This document shows, one piece after another, positions 37,597 through 47,592 of a stretch of DNA of 64,000 bases. A program made the translations under genes and the position numbers. The stretch spans positions 169-64,168 of the forward strand of contig JABFRV010000153.1 of assembly GCA_013140975.1 (NCBI GenBank). The letters are read 5' to 3'. The notes under the pieces were generated by a model. The model worked only from the letters and a program-made list of their open reading frames with translations, searched no databases and was not told the DNA's origin. Numbering within the stretch: position 1 is the first letter of the stretch; every line of letters begins with the position of its first letter. Source of the DNA: Saprospiraceae bacterium. Its GTDB lineage: Bacteria; Bacteroidota; Bacteroidia; Chitinophagales; Saprospiraceae.

Positions 37597-39423
37597 ATGA
37601 ACAATTTTATCAAATCATGTCTCTTTGCTTTTTTAAGCATGCTTACACTAACTGTAGTAGCACAAAACCGAACCATCAGTATCCAGAGCACATTTAAAGA
37701 CATCTCCGGTAAACCTATACCGGATGGCGACCAAGAAGTAACTTTTAGGTTATATAAAGAAGATGGTAGCCCAATGTGGGATGAAACTACTATGGTTGAC
37801 GTACAATCGGGTGTTTTTAGTCACTTGCTAGGTAGTGCCAATCCCTTCAATGATCTAGGCATTTTTAGTAACAAACTTTTCTTGGGAATCAAACCTTTGG
37901 GACAACCTGAACTTGTTCCTCGAACAGAACTAACCTACGCACCTTATGCCATGGCAGTTAATTCAATTGCAGGTCTGGATAAATCAGCATCGTTTGAGAA
38001 TATAGGTGGACACCCAGCTTTGAAAGTAACTTCGACTCTTACTCCTAAAGACATTAGAAGTTCAGCTAATAATTATGGTGATAATGACACAGGGATAAAC
38101 TTCCCAGATGATGGTGAGATGGATTTAATTTGCAATGGTATACCAGTAATGAAGACTTTTCACAATACACAAAACTTTGGAGTTCATTTTCCACAACATG
38201 TGGGTTTTGGACCAGATGCTAATAACTCTTCATTACTTATTGGAATTGGCGATAATAATACAGGAATTAGTCATCCTGCAGAAGATGATCTGCGTATAGT
38301 AACAAATGGCGCTGATAGGATTACAATTAAACCTGATGGAAAAGTCGGTATAGGGACTAGCAGCCCTAATATCAGTTTAGCAATAGGTGATCATGATACA
38401 GGGATTAAACATCTAGCTGATGGAGCTTTAGCTTTTCAAACAAATGGGACTGAAAGACTAAGAATATTTGATAATGGTAGAATAAAAATAGGAGGCGATT
38501 CAGGAAATAATGGAGCAGTTGCGCCTTTAGAGGTTGACATTGAAGGTAATACTACTAATTCATCATATAGATCAGTTGTTAACAATACCGCTGATTGGAA
38601 ACAAATGTGGCATGGAACTCCAGGATGTAATGCCTTTGGTTTTATTGAAACTAAATGTGGAGCGTCAGGTGGTAACTTTGGAAATGTCGCAATTGGTGTC
38701 AAAGGCGATGTAGTGGTAAATGGATCTGTTGTATCTGCTACTGGAATTTCTTGGTCAGATAAGAGGATAAAAAATATATTAGGCATATCAAATGCAAAAA
38801 ATGATTTAGATCTAATAAAGAAAATTGAAATCACAGATTATGAGCATATTGATAAGGTATTTAATGATCGAAGAGTGATAAAGAAAGTTATTGCTCAGCA
38901 AGTAGAGTCTTTACTTCCAAATGTTGTATCTTCCACTAGAAGAGTGATCCCAAGTGTTTATGAAAATGCAACGAGAGTAGATTTTGAGAAAGGAATACTT
39001 ACAATAAGCACTAACAAAAAACATGAATTTATTGCAGGCGACATGGTAGAACTAAAATGTTTTGAAGGTCGTAACTATAGAGAGATAGAAGTGATAGAAG
39101 TTAAAGATGAATATACATTTACCGTCAAAGCGGAAACTGATCCTAAAGAAGTGTTTGTCTATGGCAAGTATGTAGATGACTTCAGAGCTGTGGATTACGA
39201 TGCAATTGCCATGCTCAATGTATCAGCTACACAAGAACTCATCCGCAAAGTGGAAGCACTTGAAGCTGCTAATGCTTTACTTAATAAATCAAATGACTCC
39301 TTACTCAAGGAAAATAAAATGTTGAAAGATGCTACTTCTAGCATCGAAGCGAGATTACAAAAATTAGAAAGTTTGTCTGTAAAATCTGAAGCTTCGAATT
39401 CAGTATCAGCTGTAGTAAAATAG
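37597..39423 (+). CDS. secreted tail-fibre-domain protein with Peptidase_S74 intramolecular chaperone domain and C-terminal coiled coil
   Basis: Signal peptide MNNFIKSCLFAFLSMLTLTVVAQ. Three GD..TGI......L...TNG..R..I...G.(V/I).IG repeats (about nt 38075-38500). WSDKRIKN (Ser387, nt 38755-38757) matches the S-D-x-R-x-K autoprocessing motif. Heptad-like tail EALEAANALLNKSNDSLLKENKMLKD. Confidence 0.75.
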   Translation: MNNFIKSCLFAFLSMLTLTVVAQNRTISIQSTFKDISGKPIPDGDQEVTFRLYKEDGSPMWDETTMVDVQSGVFSHLLGSANPFNDLGIFSNKLFLGIKPLGQPELVPRTELTYAPYAMAVNSIAGLDKSASFENIGGHPALKVTSTLTPKDIRSSANNYGDNDTGINFPDDGEMDLICNGIPVMKTFHNTQNFGVHFPQHVGFGPDANNSSLLIGIGDNNTGISHPAEDDLRIVTNGADRITIKPDGKVGIGTSSPNISLAIGDHDTGIKHLADGALAFQTNGTERLRIFDNGRIKIGGDSGNNGAVAPLEVDIEGNTTNSSYRSVVNNTADWKQMWHGTPGCNAFGFIETKCGASGGNFGNVAIGVKGDVVVNGSVVSATGISWSDKRIKNILGISNAKNDLDLIKKIEITDYEHIDKVFNDRRVIKKVIAQQVESLLPNVVSSTRRVIPSVYENATRVDFEKGILTISTNKKHEFIAGDMVELKCFEGRNYREIEVIEVKDEYTFTVKAETDPKEVFVYGKYVDDFRAVDYDAIAMLNVSATQELIRKVEALEAANALLNKSNDSLLKENKMLKDATSSIEARLQKLESLSVKSEASNSVSAVVK

Positions 39424-39465
39424 GATTTAGTTTTTATTATTTCATCTTCATAAGACATTTTTATC

Positions 39466-42400
39466 ATGAATAAATGTATAAAATATCTATTCGCATGCTA
39501 TATGTGTATGGTAGTCATAAATACAGTTAGGGCTCAAGATTGTGTTCCTGTACCTGGTGCACCTTCTTCCATTGTTGGTGATAGAGTAGTAATGGCATAT
39601 GGTGTAACTACCAAGGCTGTAAACTCTAGGCGATTATCAAGAGTAATCATTGGCCAGCCGGCATTAGGACAAAGCAACAACGGTAAACGTAATATTGATT
39701 TAGGTTATTATGGACAGTTTTTATTACCGCCTCTTCCACCTACGATTTCCGCAACGCAAGGAGAATTATTTGACAGAATTCAACTCAATTGGACACCAAA
39801 CCCACTGGGATCTCAAGCAACAGGTGGCTATAAGATTTATAGAGATAGCGTTTTTCTTACAACTGTTGATGCCAAAACTAATAGCTATAATGACTTCAAT
39901 ATCATAGCAGGAAGGCCATATTCGTATGAAGTGGTGGGTGTCAATGACTTTGGTGAAGCTTTCTCAGGAAAAGCATTAGGTTTTCTAGTTCCAAATGGTG
40001 TGGTCACTGGTTTGGTAGAAACCATAAATGGTCAAGCAGTACCTGGGGCAATGGTAACCCTTGATCCAATGCAAGGCTTTGCAGCAAAATTTGGAGATCA
40101 AGATGGTGCAGGTGTTATAGGTGATAACACCAACAATTTTCTTCCTAATTCTGAATTTTCATGGTCCATCTCATTTTGGATAAAAACAGAGTCTATTCCC
40201 GGTCAAGCGAGTTTATTGAAACTTGGTGGCACGGATATCGACATTAGAGCCCAATATAATCTTGGTGAGGGTATAGCTTTTATCTCAAATAATGAAGGTA
40301 CAATGACAATCGACACCCTTGGATACAAATTTCCAGATTCAACCAAAAATAAATGGCACCATATTACTCTCACCAATGTAGCGAGTCCATCCGATCTTAA
40401 GAGTCTTTATGTTGATGGAGTTTTGGTTGCCCAGAAAAACTTCTGGTCACTCACAACTAATGCAAATTCTCTGGATTTAGGCAGTAGAGCAGGCAATGGT
40501 GGTTGGGTAGGATCAATAGATGAGCTTCGATTTTATAAAAGAGAAATAAAAGAATTTGAAATCCCAGAAATAATGAATGGCACAGCTGGATCCTCCACTC
40601 CTGATCTTACCCACTACTGGAAGATGGATGAAGAGTTGGGCACAAAATCATTTGACATCGTAAAAAGGCAGGTCTTATATTTTTGTGGAGCAAAATTTGA
40701 TGCGGATAGACCACCGGTAGCTACGTCTGGAGTAACAAATGCACGAGGATATTACAAGATAGAAGGGGTCAACTATGGTGACGGTACTACTTTTATTGCT
40801 ACCCCACATAAATCACACAATAACCATGTGTCTTTAGAATTTAAGTCAGCGGAACAAGACAGAGTAATACTAGATACTATCCGTACCGGCTCTAGAGGTA
40901 CCATCGAAACTTGGGTAAGGAGCAGCTCTATTCCCAATTCAGGATATCAATCAATATTGTTCAGACCTAATAATGTCAATATTGTTGTCCGAAACAATAA
41001 TGGTGTAAAAGAATGGGGTGTGCAGTATTTTGCCGAACATTGGTTTGGTACTTTGCCAATCGGATTTAATCATCTAGCTATAACAATAGACAGTTCTGGT
41101 CCTAATGAATCTACAATCAAGGGGTTTCTTAATGGAAATTATTTATCCGGTAGAGACAAAGTTTTCAATTTTAATTATGCTGATCAGAATGCAACTAAAT
41201 GGTATTTAGGTGCTCAAGATAATATTAACTATTTCAATGGCTTCATAGACGAAGTAGCCATTTATGACAGAATTCTCGATCCAAGTGAGATTCTGTCTCA
41301 TGCATCGAGTGATAGGAGTGTTGCAGTGCTAGGTTTGATAGCATATTTTCCATTGGATGAGATTGGTGATATGTTCGTTAATAATATAGGCTCTTTAAGA
41401 ACCCCGCAAGTTAACATCCAAGGAGCAAGTTGGTCAAACATGGCGCCACCACAGTCAAAGATTGATCATGTATTTATACCATCAACCAGACAAGTGACAC
41501 TAAATCCTAGCAATACTTCGGTAGATAGGATTGACTTTACAGACAGAAGCACAATTGCAGTATCAGGTTTTGTTAGATTTGAGGGTACAGATTGTTTTCA
41601 GGATCAGGTGGAGATACTTGTGAATGGCAAATCATTTGAACCCCAAATATTTACTAAACAAGATGGTAGATTTGTTATAGATTTTAATCCTGGTACATCG
41701 GCGATTCTTACACCCAATTACAAAGATCACACATTCGTACCCGCTAACTATACCATTAGTAATATTCTAATACCCAAAGCAGGTGTTTTATTTAATAATA
41801 CAGTTGAGAGAAGAGTCAAAGGAGTGTTACGTGGTGGCAATGCTAAATGCAAAGGTGTAATAACCGATTCCTCGACTACCGCAATGGTGCGACTGCGTAC
41901 AGCAAATGGCTGCTTTGATAAAACTTATACTGTTAACACAGATGATGGGTATTATGAATTCGAAGGCGTGCCGCCAATTAATTCTTTGACGGTAAGTGTA
42001 TTCGAACACGATATTCCATTTATTTACGATCAGTTTCAAGCAAAGGGTGGGTCAACCATCGATTTGTCTGAAAGAGACACGGTAATAAATTTTGAGTACC
42101 ACCCTGAACCACAAGTTAGATTTGATAATATTGCCGATTTTCAAATTGATGGGTGTCAAACTTTAGTATTAAAAAAAGGCGATACTGAAACTTTTAAATT
42201 TTCATTAAATGAGGTTTACAATTTCATTCAAGGTAATACTAAATATTGCTCTCTTGATACCGCAAATTTTAGAATTATTAATGGTTTTGCTGACACTACA
42301 ATCGATCTTACATTGAGGGATACAAACATATTGGAATATAAATTCAAAGTAGGTGATCCAAATCCATCAGCTCCGCATACTAAAGCTTTTCAAATAATAG

Positions 42401-45400
42401 CTACAACTGTTGATAATAATAGAAGTGAATTTTTTTCCAGTGGGGTTGTAACTGGAAAAAGATCGAAAGATGCAGCTTTTACTACGGTTACACCAGACAT
42501 ACCTATGCATATATTGCACGACCCTCCAGGAGATGGTAGTTATTCATATCTGGAAAAAAATGAGACAATATGCAATAACATATCATTTTCGACTGATAGT
42601 TCATTTGCTATAGGAACTAGAATCTATTTTGATTTCGCTCCAGATTACGAATATAATACATTTGCTGGCTTACCTCAGATATATTTGGTTTCAACTGCAG
42701 GACCCGATTTAACAGCTACTGCAGACTATCACAAAACATCTGATAATGGTTTTGAATATTGCTTGACAGTAAACCAACGATTATCAACAAGCGATAATGA
42801 CCTCATTGTGGGATCTCAGGGTGGGGACATCTTTATGGGCGGCGCATTAAATATAATTTATGGGCTTGTAGATATAGTAACTTTCGACAGCTGTAATGCA
42901 AAATCAGAACAAGTTACACTTGTCACTCCTGGTAATTTTGCGACCACTTTTATTTATTCAGAATGGCATATATTAAATTCTGTTTTACCAGGTATAGAAC
43001 TTGTGTTGAAAGATACAACACTCGTAGATTCTCTAAAAACCAAATATAGAGCATCCATTACTTCTTGGAAAAAAATTCTTGAGAATAATAATATACGTAA
43101 GAAAAAAGCAACGCCTCTAAAAAATATATCTTTTTCAGCGGGAACAGAATATGAATATTCAATGACTAGTGATACTACAACTTATTCTTCGAGTTCAAAA
43201 GACACAACTATATCACATGGAGAAGATATTGCTTTTGATATATTTATTGGAGGTGTTGGATTTGGCACACATTTGATTACGGGTCAAGATAAATATAGGT
43301 CAACAGCTAATGGGAAAGACACTATAAGGAGTGTAACTACTGGCTATGTGCTTAAGGATGATGATGAATTAGATGCATTTTCAGTTGATATAGGTATCGA
43401 CACTGTATACAAGACTCCAACTTTTAATACAAAGATTGGCCAGTCGAGTTGCCCTTGGGAACCGAATACTGCCAAAAGAGAAGGGGTTTTCCTTGAATCT
43501 GTCAATGGTCCTATTAGAACTGATGTTCCAGCTAATGAAGCTGCTACATATACTTTCAGGATGCACAACATAAGTGCAACCAATGAGACATGGACTTATG
43601 CTTTTACTGCAGGACCGGAAAGCAATGCATATGGAGCAAAAATATATTGCAACGGAGCACCAATGAATCAGATACAGTGGTATGCCATTCCGTGGGGAGA
43701 GAACATAGAAGTCACCGTAGAGGTAGAGAAAGGTGCAAAAGAATACGACTATGATAGTTTGGAAATTGTTCTATATTCTGCATGTGAAGATCAAAGAGCC
43801 AATGACCTTGGTATATTGCCAGATACAGCAAAGAACTTATATTCTGCTGTCTATATTTCGGCACACTTTATAAGACCTTGCAGCGAAGTAAATATTACAA
43901 GTCCGCGAGAAGGATGGGTGCTTAATGGATTGGACAGCGATACAATTGATGTTACTCTTTCAGGATATAATCGCGAATCTAATTTCAAATCTATCCAATT
44001 GCAATATAGAAATGTCAATGGAGATGGATCTTGGATAAGTATTGGACCTGAAATGTTTAATACAATGAAGAGTGATACAACTCCTCCTAAATCACCGGGC
44101 GATACTTTGAGACCATTATTCACAAGAGTTATGTGGATAGTCCCATCAGATTTAGAAGATGGAGAATATGAGTTGAGAGCAGTGGCCAATTGTTCCGGCG
44201 ATGCTGCGAATAAACCTGGATTCTCGCAACTCATAAAAGGCCGCATTGATCGTCAACCTCCTACTATTATGGGTGTACCACAACCATCTGATGGAGTATA
44301 TCATGTAGGAGATGAAATTTCATTTACTTTCAATCAACACATCAAATGTAATAAGCTTATCCAGGCGGCAGGAGAACCGGGTGCAAGACCTCCGTTTAAC
44401 GTAGGTTTATTTGATGCAGTTACTGGCACACTGATAGATGTTGATATCACGTGTTATGAAAACAAAATCATCATCGATCCTAACTTCCAAAATGAATACT
44501 TCGAAAATAGAATTCTCAAAGCTGAACTTCATAACATCGAGGACCTCGTAGGAAATAAGATGGACGAAACAAAATGGGAATTCTATGTAGATCGTAATGA
44601 ATTAGCATGGCTATCGGATTCTATTTCCTTGACAAAATATGATGATGAAACAAAGTCAATCACTGCTAAAATTCATAATCGCGGTGGTTATCCTGTCCCT
44701 TATACCTTAATAGATATTCCTTCATGGATACATGCAGTACCTAGTTCCGGTACCTTGGTAGCTAATGAAATAGAAGAAGTCACCTTCACTGTAAAAGATG
44801 ACATACCTATTGGTACTTATTTTGATTCTATCAAATTGCAAACAGTTACAGGCGCTAATCCATTCTTTATGGGAGGAACGGAAGCAATAATAATGAAGAC
44901 AAGAATTATTTGTCGTCCTCCGGCATGGGTAATAGATCCTGAGGCTTTTGATCCATCCGCGTTTGAATACTCTATGAACTTCATCGTAGAATTAGACATT
45001 GAAGGTGATCTTTCGGCCGATGTGGAAGACATAGTTGGAGCTTATGTTGGTGGTGAATTGAGAGGAGTTGCCAAGCTGAAATACAAACCAGGTATTGGAT
45101 ATCTAGCTTTCCTTACCGTATATAGCGATAGCGCAGATCTAGATACTATAGAATTCCAAATTTGGGATGCCTCTACATGTCAATTATATTCTGATATACT
45201 TGAATCCTTCAAGTTTGAAGACAATACGATAATAGGAAGTACGGATAGTCTTATGACTTTACATACAAGTGGTAAAATATTGAGAAAGATATATATCCAA
45301 CCAGGATGGAACTGGATATCTATGAATCTCAATTTGATAGATTCGAGTGTAAACGGTGCATTAGAAAGCTTAACTAATCCTCAAGGTGCAACAATTAAAA

Positions 45401-46503
45401 GTCAAGTTCCCTTTAGTCAATATTTTACTAATCTGAATCAATGGTTCGGTAGCCTGGACACTTTAGGTCCGCAGCATATGTACCAATACTTCAGCCAGGA
45501 ATATGACTCGATATCTATGGTGGGCCATCATATCGACAGTCTTGCAATACCAATTAAAGTTGGTTGGAATTGGATTGGTTATATTCCTAATCATAAGCTT
45601 CCGGTTGGAACTGCATTGGCAACTCTGAATCCACAACACGGAGACCTGATTAAAGGAAGACTCACATTTGCCGTATATGACAATAGCATTGGTTGGGTTG
45701 GGAATCTTACTTATATGAATGAACCACACGGGTACTTGTATAAAAGCTCTGTCTTGGATACTTTAATGTATCCACCTTCTGGTTCTAATTTTACTGGAAG
45801 TACGCAATCAGCATTGACGAGTAAAGAAAAGACAAAGCACCAGTTAGAGATGTCAAAAATGATGACTGAAGTTCAGCAATCTTTATGGAAGGTTGATCCT
45901 TCAAAGTTTGAACATACAATGAATTTCATAGCCTTTGTAAAAGATAAGGATGACAATCATCTTTTGCAAAAAGAGGATGAAATAGGAGTATTCTCAAATG
46001 GTGAATTGCGGGGTAGCAGTCACCCTATATTAATTCCGCAATTGGGGCAATACATTTTATTTATGACAGTGTATAGTAATGTTCAGAATGAAAAACTTCA
46101 GTTAAAGTATCATAGTGTTAAAGATGATAAAATCTATGACGTCTTAGAAGAATATAGTTTTAGGATAAATCAGATTATTGGTACTGCTGATCAACCGGAA
46201 GATTTCCACATTGAAAATAAATCTACGATAGTAGAAGATGTGTTGACTCATCAATTAGTCATCTATCCTAATCCATTCAGCGAAGGCATTTATCTTAAAA
46301 ACACCAAGGGTGTACTGAGAGATGTAAACATGAATATTCGCAATGCTGATGGGCAATTGGTGTATAGCAAAACGATTGATTATCTTTCTAATGGAATGCA
46401 ACTCTTGTGGAAACCGGATTCCGGAATACCAAGTGGTTCTTATATCATAGAAATGGTAACAGACGAAACTGTTTTACATAAAAATGTAATTTACATTAAA
46501 TAG
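39466..46503 (+). CDS. giant (2345 aa) T9SS-sorted surface protein with FN3, CarboxypepD_reg-like and two LamG/ConA-like domains
   Basis: Signal peptide; FN3-like LNWTPNP...YKIYRD...YSYEVVGVN. LamG_3-like WSISFWIKTE..WHHITLT..LYVDGVLVA..GSIDELRFYKR, and a second copy IETWVRSS..NHLAITID..GFIDEVAIYDRIL. Two copies of a roughly 110-aa module near the C-terminus. Por-type tail VIYPNPFSEG...GSYIIEMV...VIYIK. Confidence 0.8.
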   Translation: MNKCIKYLFACYMCMVVINTVRAQDCVPVPGAPSSIVGDRVVMAYGVTTKAVNSRRLSRVIIGQPALGQSNNGKRNIDLGYYGQFLLPPLPPTISATQGELFDRIQLNWTPNPLGSQATGGYKIYRDSVFLTTVDAKTNSYNDFNIIAGRPYSYEVVGVNDFGEAFSGKALGFLVPNGVVTGLVETINGQAVPGAMVTLDPMQGFAAKFGDQDGAGVIGDNTNNFLPNSEFSWSISFWIKTESIPGQASLLKLGGTDIDIRAQYNLGEGIAFISNNEGTMTIDTLGYKFPDSTKNKWHHITLTNVASPSDLKSLYVDGVLVAQKNFWSLTTNANSLDLGSRAGNGGWVGSIDELRFYKREIKEFEIPEIMNGTAGSSTPDLTHYWKMDEELGTKSFDIVKRQVLYFCGAKFDADRPPVATSGVTNARGYYKIEGVNYGDGTTFIATPHKSHNNHVSLEFKSAEQDRVILDTIRTGSRGTIETWVRSSSIPNSGYQSILFRPNNVNIVVRNNNGVKEWGVQYFAEHWFGTLPIGFNHLAITIDSSGPNESTIKGFLNGNYLSGRDKVFNFNYADQNATKWYLGAQDNINYFNGFIDEVAIYDRILDPSEILSHASSDRSVAVLGLIAYFPLDEIGDMFVNNIGSLRTPQVNIQGASWSNMAPPQSKIDHVFIPSTRQVTLNPSNTSVDRIDFTDRSTIAVSGFVRFEGTDCFQDQVEILVNGKSFEPQIFTKQDGRFVIDFNPGTSAILTPNYKDHTFVPANYTISNILIPKAGVLFNNTVERRVKGVLRGGNAKCKGVITDSSTTAMVRLRTANGCFDKTYTVNTDDGYYEFEGVPPINSLTVSVFEHDIPFIYDQFQAKGGSTIDLSERDTVINFEYHPEPQVRFDNIADFQIDGCQTLVLKKGDTETFKFSLNEVYNFIQGNTKYCSLDTANFRIINGFADTTIDLTLRDTNILEYKFKVGDPNPSAPHTKAFQIIATTVDNNRSEFFSSGVVTGKRSKDAAFTTVTPDIPMHILHDPPGDGSYSYLEKNETICNNISFSTDSSFAIGTRIYFDFAPDYEYNTFAGLPQIYLVSTAGPDLTATADYHKTSDNGFEYCLTVNQRLSTSDNDLIVGSQGGDIFMGGALNIIYGLVDIVTFDSCNAKSEQVTLVTPGNFATTFIYSEWHILNSVLPGIELVLKDTTLVDSLKTKYRASITSWKKILENNNIRKKKATPLKNISFSAGTEYEYSMTSDTTTYSSSSKDTTISHGEDIAFDIFIGGVGFGTHLITGQDKYRSTANGKDTIRSVTTGYVLKDDDELDAFSVDIGIDTVYKTPTFNTKIGQSSCPWEPNTAKREGVFLESVNGPIRTDVPANEAATYTFRMHNISATNETWTYAFTAGPESNAYGAKIYCNGAPMNQIQWYAIPWGENIEVTVEVEKGAKEYDYDSLEIVLYSACEDQRANDLGILPDTAKNLYSAVYISAHFIRPCSEVNITSPREGWVLNGLDSDTIDVTLSGYNRESNFKSIQLQYRNVNGDGSWISIGPEMFNTMKSDTTPPKSPGDTLRPLFTRVMWIVPSDLEDGEYELRAVANCSGDAANKPGFSQLIKGRIDRQPPTIMGVPQPSDGVYHVGDEISFTFNQHIKCNKLIQAAGEPGARPPFNVGLFDAVTGTLIDVDITCYENKIIIDPNFQNEYFENRILKAELHNIEDLVGNKMDETKWEFYVDRNELAWLSDSISLTKYDDETKSITAKIHNRGGYPVPYTLIDIPSWIHAVPSSGTLVANEIEEVTFTVKDDIPIGTYFDSIKLQTVTGANPFFMGGTEAIIMKTRIICRPPAWVIDPEAFDPSAFEYSMNFIVELDIEGDLSADVEDIVGAYVGGELRGVAKLKYKPGIGYLAFLTVYSDSADLDTIEFQIWDASTCQLYSDILESFKFEDNTIIGSTDSLMTLHTSGKILRKIYIQPGWNWISMNLNLIDSSVNGALESLTNPQGATIKSQVPFSQYFTNLNQWFGSLDTLGPQHMYQYFSQEYDSISMVGHHIDSLAIPIKVGWNWIGYIPNHKLPVGTALATLNPQHGDLIKGRLTFAVYDNSIGWVGNLTYMNEPHGYLYKSSVLDTLMYPPSGSNFTGSTQSALTSKEKTKHQLEMSKMMTEVQQSLWKVDPSKFEHTMNFIAFVKDKDDNHLLQKEDEIGVFSNGELRGSSHPILIPQLGQYILFMTVYSNVQNEKLQLKYHSVKDDKIYDVLEEYSFRINQIIGTADQPEDFHIENKSTIVEDVLTHQLVIYPNPFSEGIYLKNTKGVLRDVNMNIRNADGQLVYSKTIDYLSNGMQLLWKPDSGIPSGSYIIEMVTDETVLHKNVIYIK

Positions 46504-46506
46504 GAT

Positions 46507-47592
46507 ATGAAAATGTCTGTACAACTCATATCAAACATTATATCTGCGCCAAGAAATTGGGGCAGATATAATGCCTTTTTTATTATAAATTTATTGTTTT
46601 TGTTAAAACTGCTGGGTCAGGGATCAGGATGGTCTGCACCAATTTCCGCACAGTATGGAAGATGTGCGACAATGACCGCATTGGTCTATTTTGAAGATAC
46701 CTTAATTACAGATGAAAATGATCAAGTAGCTATTTTTGCCGGCACAGAATTACGGGGATTGGCTTCTAGAGTAATGATTGCTGGAGATCCTTATTACTTT
46801 ATGAGCATTTATAGCAATAATACTTCAGAATATATGACCTTGAAGTATTACAATTCCAATTTGGATTTGATTTTCATTTCTAGTATTCCATTTTTAGTTA
46901 AATCCGGGCGGATCTATGGTAATATTGAAAATCCACATGAGTTATTTTTTTATGAAGACAATGTAACACCCATTAAACTGGGGCCAATACCAAATCAAAT
47001 GGGTTTGGAGAATTGTCTTATGTCGCCAATCTACCTATCTGATTATCTTAAACAACAAGATACTTTTGGTACGAATTGGTATTATTTTAATAATCCCAAC
47101 CTGCAAGTAACATTGGTCGGCGACACACTTTCCATAACAGGTGTTCCCAACTTTAGCGGTACAACCAATCTAACTGTATCGGCAACATCACAAGCACCAG
47201 GAAATCCAACTGATACAACTGAAATAATAATTACTCTGAATCCTCAAATTGCAGCACCGTTATTTGGAATTATTCCGGATCAAGGTATTCAGAAAGGAGA
47301 TACATTTGAGTTATTCGATTTGAGTCTTTTAGAAGTTGGATATAGCGGTAACCATTTAGGTTTTAACTATCTGCCAATTGTAGAAGAAAGCGATAATCCA
47401 ATCAGTCCGCCTTCATGGTCTCCGGGAACTTCTTACAACTACAACATGACGATCACTGCCAAGGTAAATTTTACACCGAACTATCAGTTTAACCATGTAG
47501 ATGACATACTTGGCGCATTTATAAATGGACAGCTAACAGGAACTGCTACTCAGAATGCATCGACAGGTTTGTACCTTTTTGTCATTGGGTAG
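46507..47592 (+). CDS. N-terminal part of a frameshift-split surface protein (module copies C and D, He_PIG/cadherin-like Ig repeats)
   Basis: Starts 3 nt after the giant gene's stop. Hydrophobic leader; P.IPNQ.. and IIPDQGIQKGDTFELFDL Ig-like motifs. Ends at TAG 47590-47592 in the middle of a conserved module. Confidence 0.6.
   Translation: MKMSVQLISNIISAPRNWGRYNAFFIINLLFLLKLLGQGSGWSAPISAQYGRCATMTALVYFEDTLITDENDQVAIFAGTELRGLASRVMIAGDPYYFMSIYSNNTSEYMTLKYYNSNLDLIFISSIPFLVKSGRIYGNIENPHELFFYEDNVTPIKLGPIPNQMGLENCLMSPIYLSDYLKQQDTFGTNWYYFNNPNLQVTLVGDTLSITGVPNFSGTTNLTVSATSQAPGNPTDTTEIIITLNPQIAAPLFGIIPDQGIQKGDTFELFDLSLLEVGYSGNHLGFNYLPIVEESDNPISPPSWSPGTSYNYNMTITAKVNFTPNYQFNHVDDILGAFINGQLTGTATQNASTGLYLFVIG

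Noticed and set aside
37597-39423. Prophage remnant, based on the tail-fibre S74 domain.
   Set aside because: No capsid, terminase, portal, baseplate, integrase or lysis genes are nearby. The protein has a cellular signal peptide and sits in an operon with T9SS cargos.
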